The notes below the pieces were generated by a model. It saw nothing but the letters and a program-made list of their open reading frames with translations, was not told the DNA's origin and ran no database searches. DNA of 63,303 nt, the filler included, from Squatina squatina (taxonomy: Eukaryota): the NCBI GenBank assembly GCA_031763465.1. It is 3 parts of 3 records of this genome, joined end to end, with 100 filler letters (N's around TTAATTAATTAA, not from the genome) between each part and the next. Parts side by side here need not be neighbours in the genome. Positions count along the whole stretch, not along the records: positions 45,180 to 63,303 come from JARFOE010000120.1; 2 more parts are not named here. One strand, 5' to 3'. The translations under genes and the position numbers were made by a program. Below, one piece after another: positions 48,101 to 61,769 of the stretch (the stretch's first letter is position 1; the number at the start of each line of letters is the position of its first letter).

Positions 48101-49455
48101 GTGGAAGAAGAAAATTTTTTAAAAAGGGAAATACGGAGCAGTCAGCCTTCCCACAATATACAAGCATATTTCTCTCCTTTCCAGTAGTAACAAAGGTTAG
48201 ATGTAGGTCTGAGGCCTTACCGTGTCTTCAAAAAAAAAACAGGTTCCACAGGCCACCAAAGCTCTTGCTTTGATCAAAGTAATTCAATACCAAGGTTCTG
48301 GGTTGCAAATCTAAGTAAGGCCCAGATTAAAGGAATTAGCAACAGTACATCATGATTAATAAAGATGCTGTGCCGACCGCATTGCATGGCTCTAGTGACC
48401 TGTTTCTGCTACCAGCTGGAAGTGTAACTGAACGAGTCCCTGCATGACATCAGCTNNNNNNNNNNNNNNNNNNNNNNNNNNNNNNNNNNNNNNNNNNNNN
48501 NNNNNNNNNNNNNNNNNNNNNNNNNNNNNNNNNNNNNNNNNNNNNNNNNNNNNNNCATGACATCAGCTCCAACGACTGATCCTTTTACATCCCTTTGCTG
48601 CCATATTTATTAGGCACTTTGCCTTATAGTATCAAAGCCCAAAGTAGGCCTTATTTATGCACTGTAACAGCCTTATAAAATATAATTACTTTAATAACCC
48701 TCAGTAACAAAGCAGATGTCTTCCTGTTTCTTTTCTCCTGATTGAGTTCAACAGAGGTTCACCAGTGTGGTAATTTAAGAAAGAAAAGAATTGCCCATCA
48801 TGTTAACTGTATTCTGCAATTTGGTTAAATCTGCACAGAACGAGAATACCATATGCAGACATTTTTAGCCCAGCAATTTCTGTCTCTCTGATAAAATGGC
48901 TAATAGGCATGCAGTCAATCCAGGGAAGTTCAAAGGGACAAGAAGTATAAATGTTTTTCAATAATAAAACCTAACTACTCAATCACGCATAGGCTGCAAA
49001 CCACCCATTAATGGGGATTTACAGAGCAGTAAACAGGGTTTAGAGACTGTGTAAAACTAAATGCTGTGTGATCCTTTCAGAACTCAGACCATTTGAAGAC
49101 CACAGGCGAAACATAACTATTAAGATCCACTTTGACCATTCCTTGCGTGACTCTTTTTTTTACACCCTGCCCCTGAAAAAAGGGGGAAAACAAACCTTTC
49201 CTCTCAGGACATTCGTCCAGCAAATTACATCGCTGTTATTTTATTCATGAAGAAAAATGAATCCCATTCTGAATCTGTGATAGACTTTAAACTATCCACT
49301 AAAAACAGAACATTCATGTTAAAAATACCACCAGAAGGGCCAAGTTAAACAGTACNNNNNNNNNNNNNNNNNNNNNNNNNNNNNNNNNNNNNNNNNNNNN
49401 NNNNNNNNNNNNNNNNNNNNNNNNNNNNNNNNNNNNNNNNNNNNNNNNNNNNNNN

Positions 49456-49725
49456 CCCTTTAAGTATCACTCGCCAGTCTACCCTAGCCAATTCACGTCT
49501 CATACCATCAAAGTTACCTTTCTTTAAGTTTATAACCCTTGTTTCTGAATTCACTATGTCACTCTCCATCTTAATGAAGAATTCTACCATATTCAGGTCA
49601 CTCTTGCCCAAGGGGCTTCGCAGAACAAGATTGCTGACTAATCCTTCCTCATTACACAATACTCAGTCTAGGATGGCCTGCTCTCTAGTTGGCTCCTCGA
49701 CATATTGCTTTAGAAAACCATCCTG
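49456..49725 (-). mobile_element. CR1-type LINE endonuclease-region fragment
   Basis: CNEEGLVSNLVLRSPLGKSDLNMVEF...NLKKGNFDGMRRELARVDW. Confidence 0.88.
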
Positions 49726-49726
49726 T

Positions 49727-49860
49727 AATTAAAGATAATTCTGCATCCGCTGTGTGCTGCACAATTTCACCATATACAACCAGAATACAAGACTGACTCC
49801 TTGGCTACAGAGAAGGATGAAGAGGAGGAGAAGGAAGGAGAAGTAAGGAGTCTGAGGCAT
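49727..49860 (+). mobile_element. Harbinger transposase C-terminal remnant
   Basis: CIRCVLHNF followed by a GAG/GAA-rich acidic tail, as at 10263-10410. Confidence 0.5.
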
Positions 49861-50904
49861 CAGGGACTGATTGGCAGGACTTTATCTTAAAGGCAACTCT
49901 TGTGCCCTTACATGAATAGTGCTATGTCCACTATGAAGTAGTCTGAATGTTAACAACATGATGCTGTCCATATTTGCTCTTTTCGGAGGGTTCTCTGCTG
50001 CTCTCAAAATGGCCACTTTCTTGAATGTCACCTACTCCAGCAGCAGCTCTAGGTTCTCTTCAATGAAGGGACAGTTCTTACAACTCCTCCAGCCACCTTC
50101 TTTACCCAGCAGGCAACCTCCAACTAGAATTGTGCAACAGCCGTTCAAGAGCTTCTGCACTTTAGATTCACAGCCACCGCCCTCCTCCCCACAGTTGGTT
50201 CAGCACTCTTTGCATATGATTAAAGCATGTTGGAAGCATAAACAAGTTATTGGCAGAGATTGGCAGGTTTGGCCTACCACATAATCTCACAACGAATATC
50301 CAGGAACCCAGGAACCCAGGCCATTTATTTGGCCTGACCACAATGGTAGCCGTTAAATTTCTAGGAGATCTGATCAAGAAAACACGGGCCAACATCCATT
50401 AAATTAAATGGATGGATATTCAGGAGCTGTGGGGATGGAGTTTCCTGACCAGCATTTCCTGTGTGCATTGCTCCTCGTCAGGATCATCTGAATAGAGAAT
50501 CAACCCTCAGACCTTTGGAGTGTAATTGATTTTCTAAGGATCCAATTGACGATAACAATGTCAACTGAATGCCATTTTATGGAATTAAAATCTCTTAGCC
50601 CAGTAAGACTTAACATGGAGCTTATTTATGGTACAAATACTATCTCCAGACATTTTCCTATCAATTCCAATCTTCACACATTCTTGTAAGATAACAACAG
50701 GCATAGATTGACACCATTATGATTGCCTCTCCTTCCACATCAGGAAATGGTTTGCATGGTTAGAAACAATCAGGTACTTTGATCTGTTTGAAGATTCAGT
50801 GAACATTCCGTGTCTATGCCAAAAATACAGCGACAATAACTGCACTGGACTTGTGTGGTATTATAATTCTCTCCTTAAGGGAAATGCCTGGGACAGTGAT
50901 GTCA

Positions 50905-51162
50905 TCCATCTCCTCAGGTACTGTCCCCTCCCTTTCAAAACCACAGCCATCAAGTCCCTTTTCCTCAAAAAACCCTTGACCCCTCTGTGCTTGCAAACTA
51001 CCGCTCTATCTCCAACCTCCATATTCCTCTCCAAAGTCCTTGAACGTATTGTTGCCACCCACATCTGTGCCCATCTTTCCTGCAACTCTGTGTTTGAATC
51101 TGTCCAATAAGGTTTTGGTCCTGGCACAGCATTCAAACAGCCCCAACCAAAGTCACAAATGA
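50905..51162 (+). mobile_element. L2-type LINE RT N-terminal fragment
   Basis: PLPFKTTAI...LKKP...FLSKVLERIVATHICAHL...FESVQ, resembling the L2 NYRPISNLPFLSKVLE region, frameshifted. Confidence 0.8.
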
Positions 51163-51605
51163 TGGGGCTGAGGCTTATTGCGTGCGGTTGCCTCCGGCCG
51201 TAAATATTTCTATGAACTTACCTGATGGTCCGGAACTGCGAAAATTTGCGTTCTTCTTCCTCATCAGATAGACACTTGCAGTGGCCTTGAGATCTCTCCA
51301 GTGTATGTGCATCGCAGGCACTGGAGAGATCACGTGGGAGGCCCCAACTAATCAGGTAGAAGTATCTCCCATTCATGCTTCTGCTGATCTCTGCCATATG
51401 GAGATCAGCAGAAGTATGAATGGGCGACAGTAAAACTGCACAAGCACTTAAAAATACATTTTAAAAACTACTGAAACATTAAAATTTAATAAAATTATAT
51501 ATAATNNNNNNNNNNNNNNNNNNNNNNNNNNNNNNNNNNNNNNNNNNNNNNNNNNNNNNNNNNNNNNNNNNNNNNNNNNNNNNNNNNNNNNNNNNNNNNN
51601 NNNNN

Positions 51606-52500
51606 TAAATTTCCCTCAGTCCTCAGGTGTGCTTCTTTTTCTGGCCACTTCATATGCCTCGTACTTGGATTTGACACTATCCCTAATTTCCCTTGTGATT
51701 CACGGTTGAGCCACATTTCCTGTTTTACTTTTATGCCAGAAAGGGATGAACAATACTTTTTGATTCATCCATGTGATCTTTAAATGTTTGCCATTGTATA
51801 TCCACTGTCAATCCTTCAAGTATCATTCAGCAGTCTATTCCAGTCAAGCCACGTCTCAAACCGTCGAAGGTGCCTTTCTTTAAGTTCAGGATCCTTGTCT
51901 CTGAATTAACTATTTCACTTTCCATCTTAATGAAGAATTCTACCATATTATGGACACTCCTGCCCAAGGGGCCTCGAACGACAAGATTGCGAACTAATCA
52001 TTCTTCATTACACTGTAACCATTCTAGGATGGCCTGCTCTCTACTTGGTTCCTCAACATATTGGTTTAGAAAACCATCCCGTATGCATTCCAGGTCGTCC
52101 TCCTCCACAGTACGATTACCAATTTGGTTAGCGCAATCTCTTTGTAAATTAAAGTCACCCATGATAATTGCTGTACCTTTATTGCACGCATCCTTAATTT
52201 CCTGTTTGATGCTATCCACAATCTCACTACTACTGTTTGGTGGCCTCAACACAACTCCCACGAGCGTTTTCTGCCCCGTGCTGTTTCACAGCCCGAGCCA
52301 TACAAATTCCACATCATCCAAGCTGATATGCTTTCTTATTATTGTGTTAATCTCCTCCTTAACCAGCAATGCCGCCCCAGCTACTTTTCCTTACTGTCTA
52401 TCCTTCCTGAATATTTAATAACCCTGGATGTTGAGCTCCCAGCCTTGGTCAGCCTGGAGCCATGTCTCTGTAATCCCAACTATATCATATCCGCTAACAA
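51606..52500 (-). mobile_element. CR1-type LINE APE-endonuclease fragment
   Basis: GVVLRPPNSS...IKDACNKGTAIIMGDFNL...CIRDGFLNQYVEEPSREQAIL. Confidence 0.9.
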
Positions 52501-55500
52501 CTACCTGCATGTTCCATGCTGAAACTTACTCCTTGCATTGTACCATATGCTCATTGNNNNNNNNNNNNNNNNNNNNNNNNNNNNNNNNNNNNNNNNNNNN
52601 NNNNNNNNNNNNNNNNNNNNNNNNNNNNNNNNNNNNNNNNNNNNNNNNNNNNNNNNACCCCAGTCCAGCACTCAACCAGCTGAGTTATCGAGCATTTAAG
52701 GTAGAAATAGGAAAACTTAAATCCTGTAAAGAGGTAGTTACATAAAAACACACAAAATCAGTCATTTAAGAAATGCTACACTTTGCGAGGCTTTCTCTTT
52801 ATTTCCAACTTACCCATTGCAAACTGCAAAGTTATCTTTGCTCACTGACTTGATGCTTCAACACATTTTATATAGCAGCCCTGTGAAATTAATGATTCAT
52901 TGCAGCCACGAGACATCTTAAAATGATAGCTCCAAAGGATTCAGGGATTTAGGACTGGGGCAGATATTAGGCCTGTGCTTTCTAGAAAATATTATTAGCC
53001 TGTTATGTATTTAGATGCAAGAGGGTCCTTAGCATCTGTAAATTAAAATCACTTTTGCCGTTTATTTTTTTCTATGTTAAAGAGAAAACAATGCACCGAT
53101 CAGCTTGTGCTGTGCCAACATCCATAGAAGTGAACAGATTCTTAGTAGCTGTATAGTTCTGGAGTTTGCCCCCTGTATTGTAATTGGTTATCACACTAGT
53201 CAATCACGGTTACTTGAAAACTAGTTAAAGGGCCTCCCTCATAACACTGATTGGGATTTTTCTCTAACTTCTGGGAGAGACCGTTGCCAACGGCAACAGT
53301 GCTTGTGTGATTTCACTTTTTGGGCCAACAGCTGTACAATTGCCACATTAACAATGTCCCTTTTTAACAGCAAGTCATTTTTCCCTCCTTTTCCCCACAC
53401 CATTTGCATCTGGGGATAATTTTTGAAATCCATGGTTCAAGGAAAAGTTTCTCGAGAAGGTTTGAGCACATGGGATCTTTGATATGATCAATTTTTAATG
53501 CTGCTTTCCTCACTGTAGGTGAATCGCAAGCATGTGCTCTGCAGCACAATGTCATCACACAGCAATGATATCATCAAATTGCTCTCTGCCTCAAACAAGT
53601 ATGCTTTTTTAAAATATACTGCATTGAAGCAAGAAAACAGATGGCATCTATCTCATGTCAAGTTTACTATTTCTTAAATGGGGCACCAACTTGTATATTG
53701 AAGCGGTACACTCTAATGGAAGCAATTACAAATTATCTTCTACTTCTTAATAAATCTTTAATTACACAATCAGATTTATCGGACCTTACATTTTAAATCT
53801 CATTTGTTGGTGCAGTATCTGTGCTTGAGTTAGATTGATGGAATTAGACACAAAGGATTTGTAAATTTATAATAAAGAGCGAGCATCTGGTGGGAAATAC
53901 CATTGCATTATAATAGCTCTTGTAAAAGCCACTAATAATGTGAAGTTTTCTCTGAGTCACATAATGCTTTTATGTTTGGCAGCAACATTCATAAAAGTCT
54001 GCGAGGAAATAAATGATATTTTTTGTTGCAGCTAACAATAATCATCACTGAGCAGAGATAATCATTGAAAACAAAGGTTTAGAACAATGACGATCCTCCA
54101 GTACTGAAACCTTGCAAGGTGATATGTTCAAATGGTCTAATCCTCCTCATCTCCTTTTATTATGTACACTTGCACATTGTGTTCTCTGTGAAAGCTGTAG
54201 GCACAAAGTGAGGCATGGCACCTCTTGCTACATTCTTCCTCTTTTAATCTCTGGTGGGGTTAATTTGACTTTATCCAATTTTAACTATTTCATGGCTTCC
54301 AGCAGCCTCCATTAACTCAGCCAATGTGTTGGCCGCGACAGTGAGTATCCATGGGCTATTCATCCATAGAAGGCATCACAATTGAGCCGAATCTTGCCCT
54401 GACCNNNNNNNNNNNNNNNNNNNNNNNNNNNNNNNNNNNNNNNNNNNNNNNNNNNNNNNNNNNNNNNNNNNNNNNNNNNNNNNNNNNNNNNNNNNNNNNN
54501 NNNNCAACTTACACAGTTGCTGGCTCCTGGAGCCAAAAGGAAGATGGAATTCATCCCAGAGCACTAAAATACAATTCTTAAAGGCAAGCTGTTCTTCAGC
54601 ATGGATTGAAGGCTGCTCAGTAGTTTTGTGTTCATCTCCTCAATACCCTTGCAAGTTAAAGCCATGAGGACCGCGTTGTGATTGATGTCTCAATACTAAA
54701 TGCCACTGACTATTTGCACAATCAATCAAATTCCTAGCTCTAGCAATTGCCATGAAGGGGCGGTGACCCATAGGAAAATAGTTTGCGGAGGCTCACAGTT
54801 AATTCGATTGGCTCCAAAGTGAACGCTAAGTTAACCTTCCACCCTCAAAGTGGGTGGAGGATTGTGGCTCATTCGATATTTTTACCATTGTACACATTCT
54901 GAGCCTCTTTGCCTCGTCTGGCAGAAGGTCGGCTGCAGAAAATCGATTTTGATGTCAGTTAAGATGAAGTGATTCAATTTGCACAGCAAATAACAATGCT
55001 GCTTCAGTTTTGCTGGAAAATCCCAGCCCAGTTTTTAGGATATGTTTTGCATTGCCAGAAATTAGTGAATGTACATTCACTATAAGGGTGTGGTGACATT
55101 CCTGTCACAATTCTTCTCATAAACTAGCTTTAAACAGCTAGCTGATCACTTGTAACTATTTGCCTCAAGCTTCACTAACCATCCCCCAGTTGATGCCCAG
55201 TCGGATTGTCAGTTGTGCTTTTTTTATATCTTTAATTTTACCTTGTTTTCATTCCAAATTGATATGGGCTGTAGGTATGGTTTCCTTCTATTTAAATTTC
55301 CTTCACACAATACACATGTCTCCAGCCCAGAGACTGGCAAAACAATCTGCTTTAATGTTGCTTTGCAACCAACTCTTAGGACTTCCTCAAGCGTGCCCTG
55401 GNNNNNNNNNNTGGAGCAATTCACCACAGCAGTTTCCTTCCGGACCTGCATTAAAACAACTCGACTCCACTCAGAGCTTCTCCCCGACATCACAGCCCAA

Positions 55501-55644
55501 TGTGTGAACTCATGTTGGGAAACCACAGCTGACCATAGAACTTTAAAAAACAAAGTAATGGAGACAAACAAGCTTGCCACCAGGTATGGATCATCAATGT
55601 ACTGAATTAGCAATCAGGGAACGGATGAGTGACAGAGATGAGCG

Positions 55645-55768
55645 AAAGGAAAGGAAGACTTGCAATTATATAGGGCCTTTCATGGCCTCAGGATGTCGCA
55701 AGACGTTTTTTTTTAAAAGCCAATGAATTATTTTTGAAGTGTAGTCACTGTTGTAATGTAGGGCAGGC
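55645..55768 (-). mobile_element. Deu-domain SINE tail
   Basis: gaagacttgcaattatatag...ctcaggatgtc...ttgaagtgtagtcactgttgtaatgtagg. Confidence 0.75.
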
Positions 55769-55769
55769 A

Positions 55770-56315
55770 GGTGAACAGTTCCTTCCATTCAGTCCGCAAG
55801 TGTGACCATGAGCTTCCGGTCGCTTGGCATTTTAATTCTCCATCCCAGTCACACTCTGACCTCGGCCTCCGACACTGTTCCAGTGAAGCTCTGCGGAAAC
55901 TCCAGGAACAGCACCTCATCTTTCAATTAGGCACTTTACAACCTCAAATTCAAGTGCAGCAATTTCAGATCATAACCACTGCTCCCACTTTGTCAGACAG
56001 CAGCTCCTGGTAATGAATCTGTTGTTCCCATTTACAGCTCTCCGAGACCCATTTTTTGTTTCTTTACTTGTCCCAGTGCACAATCATCCTTTTTTTAATC
56101 ATTTAATCACTCCTTGCCCTCCACCCTATCACAGACCATCCCTTTTGTTCTTTCCTCCCCTCCCCACTCCCCACCTTTACCTGCTTCTGTACTTGTTTAA
56201 AATCTGTTACATCTGTAACATTTTCCAGTTCTGAAAAAAGGTCATCGACCAGAAATGTTTCTCTCTCCACAGATGCTGCCTGACCTGCTGAGTATTTCCA
56301 GCATTTTCTGTTTAC
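55770..56315 (+). mobile_element. Penelope-like element 3' fragment (GIY-YIG C-terminus and terminal region)
   Basis: HSVRKCDHELPVAWHFNSPSQSHSDL...RKLQEQHLIFQLGTLQP, then the terminal motif tctctccacagatgctgcctgacctgctgagtatttccagcattttctgttt. Confidence 0.85.
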
Positions 56316-59300
56316 ATGAACTGTCCTCGAGCTCGGTTAGCTTAAATTCTAGGGTTTCTTCATTAGTTCCAGGCTTCTGAGTCCCTGATTCAAAAACGGA
56401 GATGAGTCTGAATCAGTCTAGAACATCTCAGAGAATTAGTGCTAGTAATAAGATAAACTGAATGGTTTTCTAACCATTCTAACCATAGTGAATGGTTCAT
56501 TATAGAACATTTNNNNNNNNNNNNNNNNNNNNNNNNNNNNNNNNNNNNNNNNNNNNNNNNNNNNNNNNNNNNNNNNNNNNNNNNNNNNNNNNNNNNNNNN
56601 NNNNNNNNNNNNTCAGGTCACATCGGGGAGGGGGGCGGGGTGGGGGGGGGTGGAAGGGTGACGGGTACAGTGGAGGTTAAGTAAGGAGTCGTGCTGGACC
56701 CTCGGTTAGCATGGTGCCTGGCTTCTAAGGAGATTAAGGGTTCAGTTTAACATCTCTTCCAAAAGACAACCACCAACAATTATGCATAACATGTAACATT
56801 TGAAAATTAATAATTAGCTTAACACATTGAAGTTAATATTCACAAATGTGTCTATCAGAGGACCTTTTAATTTTCAATTATTAACAGATCTAAATGATGA
56901 TTATTAACTTGGAAAATAGCAAACATAGTCTTTCCAAAATGTTCACAAGAAAACCTTCAGAGCAAACCATAATATCAAACTTGTTAACATAGCTTGATAC
57001 AACTCCCATCCTTTGTGAGCCCGAGATATGATTAATTCAAGTGATGGACACACCATTACCAGATGTGTTAAAAACTATTACACTAAACCATGGGAAAACA
57101 ATTAGCAACATCACTATAATCCTTAGCATTTCAATTGAATTATTTAAAAGGAAAGTTAAAAACAAAGTAATAGACACTGATGCATAATAAATGCATAAAA
57201 ACAGCTCAGGGGAGATGATGACTTACGCATGTTAATGCACTTCAATGCCACATNNNNNNNNNNNNNNNNNNNNNNNNNNNNNNNNNNNNNNNNNNNNNNN
57301 NNNNNNNNNNNNNNNNNNNNNNNNNNNNNNNNNNNNNNNNNNNNNNNNNNNNNATTGATAGGAATCTATGCTCAGTGTAATGCTACATTTTAAGTTGTTT
57401 TATTCAAGATTTCAATTTCATCGCCCATTTAAAAAAAAAATCGGCTGAAATGATTGCTAGCTTGAACAGCATCAGTATGAAAATGAAAAAATACATCTAT
57501 TATACCAGGAATATGTGCAACAGATGAACAAAATATGGTTACCAGATGTATACACAAGAGAAATATCTTTTTGCCTCCATTAATCAAGCCCACTGGGGCA
57601 TTTTACAAATTATGAATACGGAAACAGTGCCCTGATTGATAGGGTGCTGATGACGCGGCTTTATGGATAGTTCTGAAGGCAACTGGGCTTTTGTAAAGAA
57701 TGAAGTAAAACACCAGATACTGTGCTGATATGCATTGGAAATGCAAACTCAGTTTCCTGTCATTTATAACAATCCCACAGACTTTTTATCTACATGTTGT
57801 AAACACTTGTTAGTAATCAGTCAAATGCTAACCACAGGCCACTCTTCGAAACACCCAAATGACACCGTACAGCAAAGCATACATTTTATTTTGTGTAAAA
57901 CCTCCAAACAATTGTTAAAGCTAACCATTCCTTTAAAAAAAAGTGCACAAAGATTGGATCAATGGATTTAAATGTTCTATTGCCAGGCCATGTACCAACA
58001 ATATTTTACAAACTCTCTCAAAACTGTATGGTCAAACTGAGTGGAAACAAGCTACGACATCCTTTTGTAAGGAATTCTCTCATTTTATGTTTCATAAGTT
58101 GAGGTGATATAGTACATTAACCCCTTTGTCAGTTGCTCCCCTGAGATCACAGGAATTTCCTTCCTGCAAGCAACGATTCACTGTACCGAAGATGTAATCT
58201 AGCCAGCTACAGTCATGCTACATTTACTCTGTAGCAATAGTTATGCTCAAACACTAACAGNNNNNNNNNNNNNNNNNNNNNNNNNNNNNNNNNNNNNNNN
58301 NNNNNNNNNNNNNNNNNNNNNNNNNNNNNNNNNNNNNNNNNNNNNNNNNNNNNNNNNNNNNNNNNNNNNNNNNNNNNNNNNNNNNNNNNNNNNNNNNNNN
58401 NNNNNNNNNNNNNNNNNNNNNNNNNNNNNNNNNNNNNNNNNNNNNNNNNNNNNNNNNNNNNNNNNNNNNNNNNNNNNNNNNNNNNNNNNNNNNNNNNNNN
58501 NNNNNNNNNNNNNNNNNNNNNNNNNNNNNNNNNNNNNNNNNNNNNNNNNNNNNNNNNNNNNNNNNNNNNNNNNNNNNNNNNNNNNNNNNNNNNNNNNNNN
58601 NNNNNNNNNNNNNNNNNNNNNNNNNNNNNNNNNNNNNNNNNNNNNNNNNNNNNNNNNNNNNNNNNNNNNNNNNNNNNNNNNNNNNNNNNNNNNNNNNNNN
58701 NNNNNNNNNNNNNNNNNNNNNNNNNNNNNNNNNNNNNNNNNNNNNNNNNNNNNNNNNNNNNNNNNNNNNNNNNNNNNNNNNNNNNNNNNNNNNNNNNNNN
58801 NNNNNNNNNNNNNNNNNNNNNNNNNNNNNNNNNNNNNNNNNNNNNNNNNNNNNNNNNNNNNNNNNNNNNNNNNNNNNNNNNNNNNNNNNNNNNNNNNNNN
58901 NNNNNNNNNNNNNNNNNNNNNNNNNNNNNNNNNNNNNNNNNNNNNNNNNNNNNNNNNNNNNNNNNNNNNNNNNNNNNNNNNNNNNNNNNNNNNNNNNNNN
59001 NNNNNNNNNNNNNNNNNNNNNNNNNNNNNNNNNNNNNNNNNNNNNNNNNNNNNNNNNNNNNNNNNNCTGTGAGGCCATCTGTGCATTATTAAAGTCCTTT
59101 CCACATCTGAGTTTTGCTGATGAACTGTCTTACCAATGCTATTCATGTAACAGGAACATGCCTGTTCCCCACAAAGTCTGTCATTTTTCAAAAATAATTG
59201 TTTTGCTTCATTTTCTGGTTGCTCCACCCCCGCATCATCTCCTGTGATCAGAGGGCATTCAGACAACCAACTTCCAGGGCCTTCCAGCATTGGTCTTAAG

Positions 59301-61261
59301 CATGCCACTAAGAATCACAGAAGTAACAACCCTGGGCATCTCTTCTCACCAATTGTTCCCCTACCTGTCTTGAAACACCAAAGCCCCTGCCTACCAATTC
59401 CACTCCCGCTCCCCACCACTCCCCAACAACAGAGATGAGATTGGGAACTTGGGAAGCTGCATCTCACTATTTTGTAACACAGCGGGTTAAAACTCTAATA
59501 TAATGCACTTTTACACTGCTCACTTTCAACATGACTGACACGTGTACAGTGAAGTTAGTAGATATGCTGGCTTATTGTTGAAACATTAGCAGTTTAGAAT
59601 CTGGCCAAACATTCAGGATCAGTATTTGTGAAAAGTCAGACACAAAACTGCATTACACTCTCTATGTATATACAATATCGACAGTACCTTTCTGCCATCT
59701 GCTGGCTGTTTGAAAATGATTTTCTTCCGGTTACATAGAATCACCAGTGTGAAACCATTCACAATGTAAGCCTGAAGGAGTGCCATTAAGTACAATACTG
59801 CACATTGATAAAGGAGATGCTTCACTAACCAGCAAGAAAATTCACAACCTACAGGGCACAGACATCGACAGTATAAGAGCACAGTATCCTGATCATCAAT
59901 TCACGGACCAAGAATGTTAGATTCCGATAGACTGCCACACATTGTACTTATTCGCTGTTAAGATTTCAATTAAATAATGCAGATAGATAAGTTATTAACT
60001 ATAGACAGAAACTGAATCTAAAATATTATGTAATAGGATTACTGTAAAAAAAAAGCCCAAAAATACATTTCTACTTTGACAGCACAGAATTGTTAAATTG
60101 CTTCCATGAGGCAATAATTCTCAAATGCCCAATTCACAACATGCGGTGGAGAAAATGCAGGTTTGTGCTCTTGCCACAGACTTGTTTATAAAACGAAAGA
60201 ATCAGTAACTTAATGTGTCATCTTTTAGGTGGTTACAATTTTGAAGCTACTGAATCATTAGATACACCTATATACATCTCTCAACATATTCAATCACATT
60301 TTATGCACTGTTTATCCCCCCCCCCCGCATTATCCAAAAGTTTGACAAGTTACAAATACTCCCTAAGCAACAATGTACCACAGTATGGAGCTCCTCCATT
60401 ACTTTATGAAACAGCTGTAGCGCATATTAAGTATAGGCTGAAGTGGTGTTTTAATTTAAAGAAAAAGTGGTTCCCACTGCAACGTACCTGAAGAGTCATC
60501 GTCATCCTTTTGGGGATAATTTGAAAGAAGTTCAGGAAAATCTGGCTCAGAAAGCTCATTCTACAGCCGCCAGAAATGCCTGCTGGAAAAAAGCTGCAGT
60601 TTTAGTAACAGATGAAAATTTTTAGTTTACTTTTTTTAAAATGTTTTCACAGACATGCCCTGCAACAAAAATAGCAAATACATTATGGATGATGCCTCTG
60701 TTACATACATACAAAAGAAACAAAAAAGAAAAAACATCTTCAGTGGGAATGATGCCCCTTTAAAGTTGATTTATTTTTAAAAGAGTAAGATGCATTTGAT
60801 TAGGATAAAGCATGAGACTTAATGTTGTTTGACACCATACATAGCAATTAAATTAAATTGAAAAACCTCCCTAATCCTCACCACGTACTTCAGTTTAATA
60901 ATGTCACGGGGGAGGCTCGGAGCAAGCAAAGACTTGACTTGTTGATTCGTTTGTCAGGAGCAATGTACCAAGAATGGGTCAAGTGGTATTATTGTCAGCA
61001 AATTCACGTAGATCTGGCTAGTCTCAGGAGAGTACAGCTTAAAGGCTTCAAAACTGAACCATGATAGCTGGAAAAAAAATCACAGTTCCAAATATGCAAC
61101 CCATGACTTTAGTTTCTCTGCTAATAACTAATGTACTTGTGTCGTGAATCTTCCTCATGACCTGTACAGAGTAACATCATTGGCAGCATCACTAAGAGCT
61201 ATTGGCCTCAATAACTCACAGGTATCAAAGGTAAGTGTAGGTCAGTTAACCNNNNNNNNNN

Positions 61262-61750
61262 AGTGATAGAATCCATTATTAAAGAAGTAGTAGCAGGACA
61301 TTTAGAAACTCATCATAAAATCAAGCAGTCAACATGGTTTTATGAGAGGGAAATCATGTTTGACAAATTTATTAGAGTTCTTTGAGGAAGTAACGAGCAG
61401 TGTGGATAAAGGGGAACCAGTAGATGTAATATATTCGGATTTCCAGAAGGCGTTTGATAAGGTGGCACACAAAAGGTTACTTAACAAGATAAGAGCTCAT
61501 TGTGTTGAGGTAATGTATTAGCATGGATAGAGGATTGGCTAACGAACAGAAAACAGAGACTCGCAATAAGGGGGTCATTTTCTATTTGGCAACCTGTAAC
61601 TAGTGAGGTGCCACAGGGATCAGTGCTGGGGCCGCAACTACTTACAATATATGTTAATGACTTAGATGAAGGAAACGAGTTACTGTAGCCAAATTTGCAG
61701 ATGACACAAAAATAGACGGGAAAGGAAGCTGTGAGGAGGACACAAAGGGC
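61262..61750 (+). mobile_element. CR1-type LINE reverse transcriptase fragment
   Basis: QHGFMRGKSCLTNLLEFFEEVTS.VDKGEPVDVIY.DFQKAFDKV.H, VPQGSVLGP and KFADDTK motifs readable on the plus strand. Confidence 0.92.
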
Positions 61751-61769
61751 AAGAAATTGGGTACATTTT

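Noticed and set aside
48443-48568. Direct repeat catgacatcagct on both sides of a gap
   Set aside because: Most simply an unmerged contig overlap rather than a target-site duplication.
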